Source: a virus (Duplodnaviria; Caudoviricetes). From it: a stretch of 64,000 bases of DNA. Position 1 is the first letter of the stretch. Each line of letters begins with the position of its first letter. The stretch lies in the IMG/VR virus record IMGVR_UViG_3300025401_000648. One strand, given 5' to 3'. Below, one piece after another: positions 18,514-25,289 of this stretch. The position numbers were made by a program, and so were the translations under genes. The notes beneath the pieces are model-generated. The model was given only the letters and a program-made list of their open reading frames with translations. It made no database searches and was not told the DNA's origin.

Positions 18514-18741
18514 TCAACCAAAGTACTTGATTAAACCTGCGGCACAGATAGCTATACCCACAACGTTGGTCACAATCTGTGGCTTATTACGTACCCGAAA
18601 GCTCCAAACCAAGTACAGCAGACCCCCTAAGGAGCCTGCCACGATATTCCAAGGATACATGTCCAAGGACATCAAAGTATACATGGCCATGAAGCAGGCA
18701 GTGCCTGCCCACTGGATGATGTCATTAGTCTTCAAGTTCAT
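18514..18741 (-). CDS. Small multi-pass membrane protein
   Basis: Three hydrophobic segments; start refined to MNLKTND (alternative TTG 18735). Confidence 0.65.
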   Translation of the reverse strand: MNLKTNDIIQWAGTACFMAMYTLMSLDMYPWNIVAGSLGGLLYLVWSFRVRNKPQIVTNVVGIAICAAGLIKYFG

Positions 18742-19312
18742 CCTCATTCTCTGCTTCGTATTCAGCCATGCCGTCTGAGATACCAAACATGTCATCCAAA
18801 TCCGCAGGGATCGCATCCTTGACAGTCACACTCGTGTAACCACCAATGTCATAAGTTTCATCACCGTTCTCATCGTGGATTCCACAGAAAGCCATGCCAG
18901 GCTCATAGTAGTAGGCACGCACTGTGAAGCCCTGCTCCATCAGTGCCTCATAGACTCCAGTAGGAGGGCTCCATGCTGAATCAAAGCCAAAGGTAATGCC
19001 CTTGTCATGTTGGGCATCATACTCAACAGTATCGTAGGGATTCACATCCCACTTGGTGCCCCATTCGTTGACACAGAAGTCATACCATGTAGCGTAGCCA
19101 TGCTTCTCACGATTGGCATTCTCTTGCTCTACGAGCTTGATCTGCTCAGGGCTATCATCAGCACCCACGCGGCCAGCCACAATGTGTAGGCTTTCTGGAA
19201 CGGGACGGGCAAAGTTACAGAACTTGCCTTCGTTAATTGCTTCAACCAAAGCATACATCTTGGTCTTGTCTTCGTGGTTGATCTCAACTGTGTTGTTGCA
19301 CCAATTTGGCAT
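18725..19312 (-). CDS. DUF1281/YubB ferredoxin-like domain protein
   Basis: MPNWCNN, EWGTKWD, FDSAWSPP, YYEPG..FCG. Confidence 0.8.
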   Translation of the reverse strand: MPNWCNNTVEINHEDKTKMYALVEAINEGKFCNFARPVPESLHIVAGRVGADDSPEQIKLVEQENANREKHGYATWYDFCVNEWGTKWDVNPYDTVEYDAQHDKGITFGFDSAWSPPTGVYEALMEQGFTVRAYYYEPGMAFCGIHDENGDETYDIGGYTSVTVKDAIPADLDDMFGISDGMAEYEAENEDELED

Positions 19313-19361
19313 ATTCGCTCCTTAAAGTGTGTTAGTGTAAGTGTATATTATACAACCAAAA

Positions 19362-19574
19362 TCATGCTTTGTCAAGCATTCGCATCAATTCATTGTTCAA
19401 AAAGTCCATCTCAGTCCGCTCCACATAGAAGTCTGTGGTGGGATCGTAGTAGGCACCTTCCTGGGGATCGTAATACAAGACACGACCTGAGAAGTTGAAC
19501 GGACCTTCAAGCCCCTTACGGGGGCCATACTTGTCACGCATCCTATCCCCAGTGTCCAAAACGCGATATCCCAT
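19362..19574 (-). CDS. Conserved small phage protein (GLEGPF..YYDP.EG.YYDP type)
   Basis: AAGGAG RBS before ATG 19574; own promoter. Confidence 0.75.
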   Translation of the reverse strand: MGYRVLDTGDRMRDKYGPRKGLEGPFNFSGRVLYYDPQEGAYYDPTTDFYVERTEMDFLNNELMRMLDKA

Positions 19575-19641
19575 TGTCAGCTCCTTTGTTGCTAAGTCTT
19601 TATTATACGATCGGTTAAACCATTTGTCAACCAAAAAAACA

Positions 19642-19716
19642 TGGCGCCGTGGATGGGACTCGAACCCACCTGATACTGATAGACAATCAGTTGCCCTCCC
19701 CGAGGACTACCACGGC
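19642..19716 (-). tRNA. tRNA-Asp (GTC) with encoded CCA
   Basis: GCCGTGG/CCACGGC acceptor stem, ACTGA-TTGTCTA-TCAGT anticodon arm, GTGGG-TTCGAGT-CCCAT T arm. Confidence 0.93.
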
Positions 19717-19792
19717 TTGAATTAGATTGGGCGGGCTGAGCGAGCACCTCGTTTAATGTTCAGCCCTCAGGCCAACACCCTGTAACTAGCTA

Positions 19793-19983
19793 GTTAGAAA
19801 AGAACTAAAGGAACTCCGGACTACTTGCTCTATACCGTCTATAGTGCTAGTGCCTTCGTCATTACTGCCTGCCTTATCCGCCGTTGCTCGAGGCCTTCAT
19901 GCCCTGGATACCAGGTACCCGTCGGTACGCTTCCATCTCTCCAGGCGCCTAGCGGTGTAGGTAACCTTTAATGCTTTCCTAAC
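19793..19983 (-). ncRNA. Candidate structured ncRNA, about 190 nt
   Basis: Own promoter 19997-20025, no RBS/ORF; 5' GTTAGGAAAG-C-ATTAAAGG pairs with 3' CCTTTAGT-T-CTTTTCTAAC; several internal hairpins. Confidence 0.7.
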
Positions 19984-20053
19984 TGTCTATGTCTTTATTA
20001 TAGCACCGGTTTAACCATTTGTCAATCCCGGGCTATAATACCCTTTCTTTCTA

Positions 20054-20125
20054 CTAGGACTTTGGTGCTGTAGGACAGCTCTTAAGTCCGTTCCAGTGCC
20101 ACTTGCGACAATGTGTACATTCCAT
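20054..20125 (-). CDS. 23-aa Cys/His micropeptide MECTHCRKWHWNGLKSCPTAPKS (not in ORF track)
   Basis: Own promoter 20152-20180 and AAGGAG RBS. Confidence 0.65.
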   Translation of the reverse strand: MECTHCRKWHWNGLKSCPTAPKS

Positions 20126-20183
20126 ATGTGCTCCTTAGTGTGTAAGTATGTATTATACTGCCTTTTGGGCGCCTTGTCAACTA

Positions 20184-20393
20184 TTACAACCAGCAGTCGT
20201 CCGCATCTTCCACAGTCTCAGTCTGTCCCCCAATGTAGCCTCCCTGGAAGCCATTGGGGTTTTCCAAAACCAATCGAGTGCGATTGAACCCGCCCTCTGT
20301 GATTCGCACAACGCGACCACTCTGTTCAATGTCTGCTTTGAACGACACCCAGTCGCCTACCCGTACTTCTTGTCCGTCAACGTAGGCTCTCAT
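20184..20393 (-). CDS. Hypothetical SH3-like protein
   Basis: Start refined to MRAYVDG, 1 nt after the upstream stop; VGDWVSFK.DIEQSG. Confidence 0.7.
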   Translation of the reverse strand: MRAYVDGQEVRVGDWVSFKADIEQSGRVVRITEGGFNRTRLVLENPNGFQGGYIGGQTETVEDADDCWL

Positions 20394-20394
20394 A

Positions 20395-20775
20395 TCAGCA
20401 CTCCGGATCAAAGTCATGCCACTCTTGGGCCTCATCGGGTTGGCCATCGCTTTCGCAAAGCCCGTCAAACTCCATCAACTGCTCAAGCGCATCACGCACT
20501 CGCCCACTCTCCGAAGTGTAGAAAGTATACTCGCCCAATGTCGTGCGACCCTCGCCTTCTCGGATGTATTCAAAGCCACCGTAGTAGTCCAAGCGTGAGC
20601 CTGTGTATGACACAATAGTGTCTTCATCTACAAACAACCTTCCGCAACGGCTATCCAAGCCCAAGTGTTCAGCTGGCTCTTGTCGCAGGCCCTGCACGTG
20701 ACGCTCCACTACCTCAGCGATAGCATCCAGCAGGTCTGGTGTTGAATCAAACTGTGTATCTGTAAAGTAACCCAT
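20395..20775 (-). CDS. Hypothetical protein with DGQPDEAQEWHDFDP.C tail
   Basis: Own promoter and RBS; recognisable C-terminal motif. Confidence 0.75.
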   Translation of the reverse strand: MGYFTDTQFDSTPDLLDAIAEVVERHVQGLRQEPAEHLGLDSRCGRLFVDEDTIVSYTGSRLDYYGGFEYIREGEGRTTLGEYTFYTSESGRVRDALEQLMEFDGLCESDGQPDEAQEWHDFDPEC

Positions 20776-20838
20776 TTCAGCTCCTAGTGTGTTAGTGTAA
20801 GTATGTATTATAAGGCCTTTTTAGGGGCCTGTCAATGC

Positions 20839-21045
20839 CTAGCTACAAAATATTTCTTTGCTAAGGATCTTGTCCTCTACCAACTGATAGCAGGCATTTA
20901 GTGTGTAGGTCATGATCAAGTGTGCGTTGGCCCGCTGACTTCGGGGCAAGCTGTCAATCAAAGCCTGGATCTCGCCCAATGATGGGGAGGTGAAAAAATT
21001 GTTACGGGGAATGGGGTTCTGTACCACGTCGTATGTTCCGCTCAT
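20839..21045 (-). CDS. Hypothetical early protein
   Basis: Own promoter and RBS. Confidence 0.7.
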   Translation of the reverse strand: MSGTYDVVQNPIPRNNFFTSPSLGEIQALIDSLPRSQRANAHLIMTYTLNACYQLVEDKILSKEIFCS

Positions 21046-21083
21046 CGCATGCTCCTTAAAGTGTGTTAGTGTATATTATACTA

Positions 21084-21227
21084 TCAATCTGCTAGTGTGT
21101 CAACTATTATTGTCTCAGTAAACTCGTCCTCAACACGCTCTAGTGCTACCTCTAGTGCCTCTGTTTCGTCTGTAGCTTCAACTTCAATCTCAAATTCTCT
21201 TGTAATTTGTACTAAAAATGTTTTCAT
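21084..21227 (-). CDS. 47-aa acidic protein MKTFLVQITREFEIEVEATDETEALE... (not in ORF track)
   Basis: Own promoter 21247-21275, AAGGAG RBS; EVEA.DE.EA pattern similar to DpnD/PcfM-like domains. Confidence 0.7.
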   Translation of the reverse strand: MKTFLVQITREFEIEVEATDETEALEVALERVEDEFTETIIVDTLAD

Positions 21228-21321
21228 CTTCGCTCCTTAAAAACTTATTATAACGCATTCTGTCCAAAATGTCAAATGCGCTATAAAAAGCCCTTACGGG
21301 CTGTAGGGTTATTATATAACA

Positions 21322-21477
21322 TTAATCCACGTAGTAGTCAACCGTTTGCAATAGTGTGCTCATTGCGTTCTCTAACTCGTTAAAGCACTCCAGTTCCACT
21401 AGTTTCTCGCCATCGCATGTTGCTGTTAACAGCATAGCTTCCACTTCCGCTAGTTTAACAAGTATTGCATCTTTCAT
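21322..21477 (-). CDS. Hypothetical 51-aa protein
   Basis: Promoter 21506-21534, AAGGAG RBS before MKDAILV. Confidence 0.7.
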   Translation of the reverse strand: MKDAILVKLAEVEAMLLTATCDGEKLVELECFNELENAMSTLLQTVDYYVD

Positions 21478-21651
21478 TTGTGCTCCTTTTTTAGTGTATG
21501 TGTGTATTATACTGCCAATCCGCCAGCGTGTCAACAAGTTTATTGTAAAGTTTTGTAAACCATGACTGTTGTGAAAATACAACACAAAAAACAGTTGACA
21601 CAGAGCCAGTACTGCGCTATAATACACACTTACACTAAAAGGAGTACTAAA

Positions 21652-21891
21652 ATGGGTCAATACGCTAACACAGTAAACGCATACGCTATGTCCGCCGCTC
21701 GCGCAAAAGTATACACTATGCAAAACACGCTACAGAGCTACGGTCAGACCGCTTATATGCTAAATGTAAGCACAGCCAAGTTCCGTAAGGACATCGAAGC
21801 TAAAAAAGTAAAATTTATTGCCCTATTGGAAAAAGAGCGTGTTGCGCAATTACAACAAGAGCTGGCACGTTTACAAGCAAAAACTGCTTGA
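21652..21891 (+). CDS. Hypothetical early protein
   Basis: Promoter 21595-21623, AAGGAG RBS before MGQYANT. Confidence 0.75.
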   Translation: MGQYANTVNAYAMSAARAKVYTMQNTLQSYGQTAYMLNVSTAKFRKDIEAKKVKFIALLEKERVAQLQQELARLQAKTA

Positions 21892-21943
21892 CATCTCGCC
21901 CCGAAAGGGCGTATAATACACACTTAAACACTAAAGGAGCACT

Positions 21944-22168
21944 ATGTCAAAAGCACTTAACAAACGCATTGCCGACGCCTTCGCTACAATTTACGACCAG
22001 GGCGATAACGGACTAGAGTACATGGACGGCCACACTGCGCTGGACCCGGCTCTAATGGAGCACTTTTACAATGACACAGTAGAGACACTGTCTAAAGCAG
22101 ATCGCACCCGCATGGCCCTAATGTTGGAGACCATTGCCAGCGATATGGACATGGACTTAGAGTGTTAA
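21944..22168 (+). CDS. Hypothetical early protein
   Basis: Promoter 21888-21917, AAGGAG RBS. Confidence 0.75.
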   Translation: MSKALNKRIADAFATIYDQGDNGLEYMDGHTALDPALMEHFYNDTVETLSKADRTRMALMLETIASDMDMDLEC

Positions 22169-22175
22169 AAGTGAT

Positions 22176-22190
22176 GGGGACTAGGTCCCC
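22176..22190. terminator. GC-rich hairpin between convergent transcripts
   Basis: GGGGAC-TAG-GTCCCC; no clear T-tract. Confidence 0.45.
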
Positions 22191-22202
22191 TATACACTAG
22201 TA

Positions 22203-22383
22203 CAGCACGTGAGCAAGTATCTCCATGCTGTCCCGCCTCGCTTGTTCCTGCTGTGATCAAGCTCACCACTAGCCTTAACCTGTTAGAGTTTAGGTCACGA
22301 GTTCGGACTGTGTGCGCCGGATCTATGATCACTAGCTCAATGTGATTTAGCTGACCCGACGGACTCTAACCTCCTGATCAGCA
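22203..22383 (-). ncRNA. Candidate structured ncRNA downstream of tRNA-CAT
   Basis: Nested helices: 22249-22260/22374-22383, GTTAGAGT/ACTCTAAC (22282-22289/22363-22370), 22292-22297/22352-22357, plus hairpin 22203-22230; no RBS-led ORF. Confidence 0.5.
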
Positions 22384-22425
22384 TCACACATCTTTATCCA
22401 CTGGTCCTACGGTTTATCAAACATT

Positions 22426-22503
22426 TGGTGGGCCGTCTTGGAGTCGAACCAAGCACCAATGGATTATGAGTCCACTGCTCTAACCAACATGAGCTAACGG
22501 CCC
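22426..22503 (-). tRNA. tRNA with CAT anticodon, probably Ile2 (lysidine type), encoded CCA
   Basis: GGGCCGT/ACGGCCC acceptor stem, A discriminator, CTCATAA loop, TTCGACT T loop. Ile2 vs Met assignment is an inference from the GGGCC acceptor and G1-C72 pair. Confidence 0.9.
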
Positions 22504-22528
22504 TATATACACTCTATACACTCTATAC

Positions 22529-23061
22529 AGCGGGGTTTTTCTTGCATGCAAGAACTTAGACTACGAGCTCCTGTTGCTGAATCCACTATATACAGTGTGT
22601 ATTAGTATCTTAGTCTATGTACTTATTATACACGGACGCCACGGTGTGAGCAATCAGGAAGTTGTTGACACCGTTGTACACACGCAACACTAGGGTAAAA
22701 TAATGGTAGAAAAATTGTGAAGAAAACACGAGAAATCCCAGTCTAATCCTGGTGTGAAAATGGTGAGAAATGGTGGAGAATCATGGTGTTCTAGCGGGGT
22801 TTTTGGTGTGAAACAGTGCCTAAACTAGGGATTTTTGGCTAAAATTTTTTTGGATGGGTGGAGTCACCGTCGGCTATAGTCAAATGGTCCGTTGAAGATT
22901 CAGTCAAAATCCGTTGAAGATTCACCAGTTCTTCACCAATTCTTCAGTCTGAATCCCGTCACAATCTTCACCAAGTTTCTACCCGTTCTTCAACTGCTTA
23001 CAGCGGGGTTTTCACACTGGATGATGCTGTCCGCGCTGAGTTCGTACAGCGGGGTTTTTAC
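22529..23061. repeat. Non-coding region with 4 x AGCGGGGTTTT and other short repeats
   Basis: Copies at 22529, 22793, 23002, 23049; CCGTTGAAGATTCA x2 near 22890-22925; TATACACTC tandem at 22506-22528. Confidence 0.75.
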
Positions 23062-23651
23062 GCCACTACTTCAAACAGTGTGTTCACGTGTTGAAGTCTG
23101 ATATCACGTTCCTGCAGGCTATTACTAATAGCCATGCGTTCGAATGTGGGTACTTCGTAGGTCCAAAGATTGTTGACGTTATCCTGTCGACGTGCGATTC
23201 TATTAGGCGTTCCATCTGGGCTGAATGGAATTTCCAAATTACCCCGGTCTGTAGTAATATGCTCATACTCACATCGGGGAATAATAAACCAATAAAACTG
23301 GTTGGGTCCTAGATGATTGCCACGTCGATTTAGAATCTGTACTCTGAGATCACCAGTCTTGTTATGTAATCCCGATATGTTAGCTCCATAGCTCTTGCCC
23401 TTGCTGTGTCCACGACAAGTAGCGTATTTGACTTCACTACCATCGCGGATATCCCAACCCTTTTGACTGTCATGCCACCATCCACTGAGGTTAGCCACTG
23501 CCAACTCCATGAGAGTACTTACTTGTAGTCCGCCCAATTTAGCCAGCAGGGTTACAGTTTTTGGATCCATAGACTCACCCCCGGGAATATATCTACGGAA
23601 CTGTTCAAAGTGTAGGCATTCCTGTTCAGTGGCTGATTTAATTGTGCTCAT
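23058..23651 (-). CDS. Hypothetical protein, possible PD-(D/E)xK nuclease
   Basis: MELAVA...GWDIRDGSEVKYAT resembles E..D..E.K; weak. Confidence 0.45.
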   Translation of the reverse strand: MSTIKSATEQECLHFEQFRRYIPGGESMDPKTVTLLAKLGGLQVSTLMELAVANLSGWWHDSQKGWDIRDGSEVKYATCRGHSKGKSYGANISGLHNKTGDLRVQILNRRGNHLGPNQFYWFIIPRCEYEHITTDRGNLEIPFSPDGTPNRIARRQDNVNNLWTYEVPTFERMAISNSLQERDIRLQHVNTLFEVVA

Positions 23652-23677
23652 GGTTCTCTCTCCGATCTTGTGAGGGT

Positions 23678-23875
23678 TTATTTTGTAAATCTTGGCATAC
23701 CTGCCTCAGTGCCTGCATATTGGAAATTATCCAGTAGGGGCACCAGCCGGGCCATGGCCGTGGCATTGTGTCGTTCTATTACTCGATGCTCGCCATCAAT
23801 CAACATGTAATACAAATTAGTTGTACCTTCGTCAACCTGCGGCCCAAAAATATATTCCAAATCTTCTAATATCAT
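23678..23875 (-). CDS. Hypothetical protein
   Basis: ATGA-coupled to the paralog array. Confidence 0.6.
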   Translation of the reverse strand: MILEDLEYIFGPQVDEGTTNLYYMLIDGEHRVIERHNATAMARLVPLLDNFQYAGTEAGMPRFTK

Positions 23876-24117
23876 AGTTCAACTCCAAAATGTTGTTTAA
23901 TCGCTTGTGTGCCCTTGCGTTTCATACTGCCTTGATATGGCACCATTTCTTTCCAAGTATCTACTTCTGCTTCAAACGATTGAGCACATTCTCTCACAAT
24001 CAACTCGGCGAACTTTTCTGAAAATTGTAGCAAGCCTTCATATGTCATGGTGTCCCAGGTGTGACTGAATTCGCTATCTAGTGTCTTTCCCATAAGGGCT
24101 TTAATTCGTTCGTTCAT
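23872..24117 (-). CDS. MNERI/FAELIVREC/HFGVE family paralog 1
   Basis: Start refined to MNERIKALM; shared motifs. Confidence 0.8.
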   Translation of the reverse strand: MNERIKALMGKTLDSEFSHTWDTMTYEGLLQFSEKFAELIVRECAQSFEAEVDTWKEMVPYQGSMKRKGTQAIKQHFGVEL

Positions 24118-24272
24118 AACCCTATCTGCTTTCCGAATAAACAATACACCTCAAACCATCGTGTGGGTGGATTCTCAATGAAGTAAGGATTCACACGGAA
24201 TGTGATTTCCCAATCTCTTGACCACTGAAAATGTCTAGTGCCAAATCTAATATTAAACCAAAGATTGCTCAT
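24114..24272 (-). CDS. 52-aa aromatic-rich protein MSNLWFNIRFGTRHFQW... (not in ORF track)
   Basis: ATGA overlaps at both ends fill the gap exactly. Confidence 0.7.
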   Translation of the reverse strand: MSNLWFNIRFGTRHFQWSRDWEITFRVNPYFIENPPTRWFEVYCLFGKQIGL

Positions 24273-24484
24273 TCTTCAACTCCGAAATGTTCTTTTACAA
24301 ATTTACCAATGCTTTGCCATTTTTCTCTAGTAGCATCAGCATTGTCGGCAACCTCGGCACATTCCCGAACGATCAACTCGGCGAACTTTTCTAATTCGTC
24401 ATTATCAAATACAGTTAGTCCATCATTGTCATTATCAGGATGTTTAAGAGCCTGTAGGGCAAGTTGTTTGGCTTGCTCATTCAT
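24269..24484 (-). CDS. MNERI family paralog 2
   Basis: LEKFAELIVRECA...KEHFGVEE. Confidence 0.8.
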   Translation of the reverse strand: MNEQAKQLALQALKHPDNDNDGLTVFDNDELEKFAELIVRECAEVADNADATREKWQSIGKFVKEHFGVEE

Positions 24485-24687
24485 TATTTGACTCCAAAAT
24501 TTGGATAGTATTCCACAACCTGTTTGATAATAACTGAACCATTTGATTCAACACAGCGGCACACCCGCCCGGTAGAAGGAAATTTCCTACTTACCCAGTC
24601 TGGTTGAACGGTCTCCTGTTCATCAATTTCAAATGACGCATAATACGCCAGCAAATCTTTTTCTTCCGATTCTGTTAGTTTAATCAT
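24484..24687 (-). CDS. Hypothetical protein ending in the family FGVK tail
   Basis: Unrelated body; 3' end TTTTGGAGTCAAATAA shared with 24687..24911. Confidence 0.7.
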   Translation of the reverse strand: MIKLTESEEKDLLAYYASFEIDEQETVQPDWVSRKFPSTGRVCRCVESNGSVIIKQVVEYYPNFGVK

Positions 24688-24911
24688 TATTTGACTCCAA
24701 AATGTTCTTTAATCGTTCTCACACAACCATTAGCGGCACTACGAACATCATTCAAGCGACTGTCATTGGCAATAGCATTAGCACATTCTCTCACAAGCAA
24801 CTCGGCGAATTTTTCTATATCTTCATTAGATTCAACCCAATAGTAACTGTAATCTTTTTGTGATAGAGATAAGCCAGCCTGTTCAGCAAGTTCTTTAATT
24901 CGTTCGTTCAT
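24687..24911 (-). CDS. MNERI family paralog 3
   Basis: MNERIKELAEQAG...FAELLVRECA...KEHFGVK. Confidence 0.8.
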   Translation of the reverse strand: MNERIKELAEQAGLSLSQKDYSYYWVESNEDIEKFAELLVRECANAIANDSRLNDVRSAANGCVRTIKEHFGVK

Positions 24912-25083
24912 CTTTTGTTTTCTTAATGAATAGTTGCGTACCAGCAGGAAGATTCTTAAACATCATGGGCACAGTTCGTTCGTCAGATTGATCGGTATGG
25001 ACTGTATGCCCGTCCCATAATTGTCTAACTTGGGGGAACTTTTCTGTTCCTATCACTCCTGCTATTTCAAATTCTTCGTTCAT
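24895..25083 (-). CDS. Hypothetical protein
   Basis: Starts ATGAACGAA like the family; overlaps both neighbours. Confidence 0.6.
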   Translation of the reverse strand: MNEEFEIAGVIGTEKFPQVRQLWDGHTVHTDQSDERTVPMMFKNLPAGTQLFIKKTKDERTN

Positions 25084-25289
25084 TCTCCAACTCCGAAATG
25101 TTTTTTTATATAATCCGCCGCAATAACAGGAGTGTGCCCGTGTTCGTTTTCAATTTCTACATACACATTTGGAAATAATCCAGCACATTCCCGAACAATC
25201 AACTCGGCGAATGTTTCTAGTAGGTCGCCGCCCTCTTCATAGTGAATTATTCCTGCTTCTAGTATTAATTCCTGAATTCGTTCGTTCAT
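25080..25289 (-). CDS. MNERI family paralog 4
   Basis: MNERIQELILEAG...FAELIVRECA...KKHFGVGE. Confidence 0.8.
   Translation of the reverse strand: MNERIQELILEAGIIHYEEGGDLLETFAELIVRECAGLFPNVYVEIENEHGHTPVIAADYIKKHFGVGE

Larger units (their letters stand above)
12481..21917. promoter_or_regulatory. Array of 21 near-consensus sigma70 early promoters with a shared leader
   Basis: TTGAC(A/G)-17/18 nt-TATAAT. Minus strand, -10..-35 span: 12507-12535, 13387-13415, 14146-14174, 14496-14524, 14936-14964, 15422-15450, 16146-16174, 16953-16981, 17890-17919, 18137-18165, 18489-18517, 19347-19375, 19602-19630, 19997-20025, 20152-20180, 20807-20835, 21075-21103, 21247-21275, 21506-21534. Plus strand: 21595-21623, 21888-21917. 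Most are followed by a variant of ACTTACAC(AC)ACTA(A)GGAG. Confidence 0.92.

Noticed and set aside
12481-21917. Regularly recurring ~60-bp repeat as a CRISPR array or attC integron
   Set aside because: The repeats are degenerate promoters/leaders separated by whole genes of variable length; there are no cas genes, integron integrase or attC-type palindromes.
22203-22420. tmRNA or RNase P identity for the structured region
   Set aside because: No tRNA-like 5'/3' ends with a T-arm and CCA, no tag ORF ending in a hydrophobic AA-type degron, and no recognisable RNase P P4 consensus.
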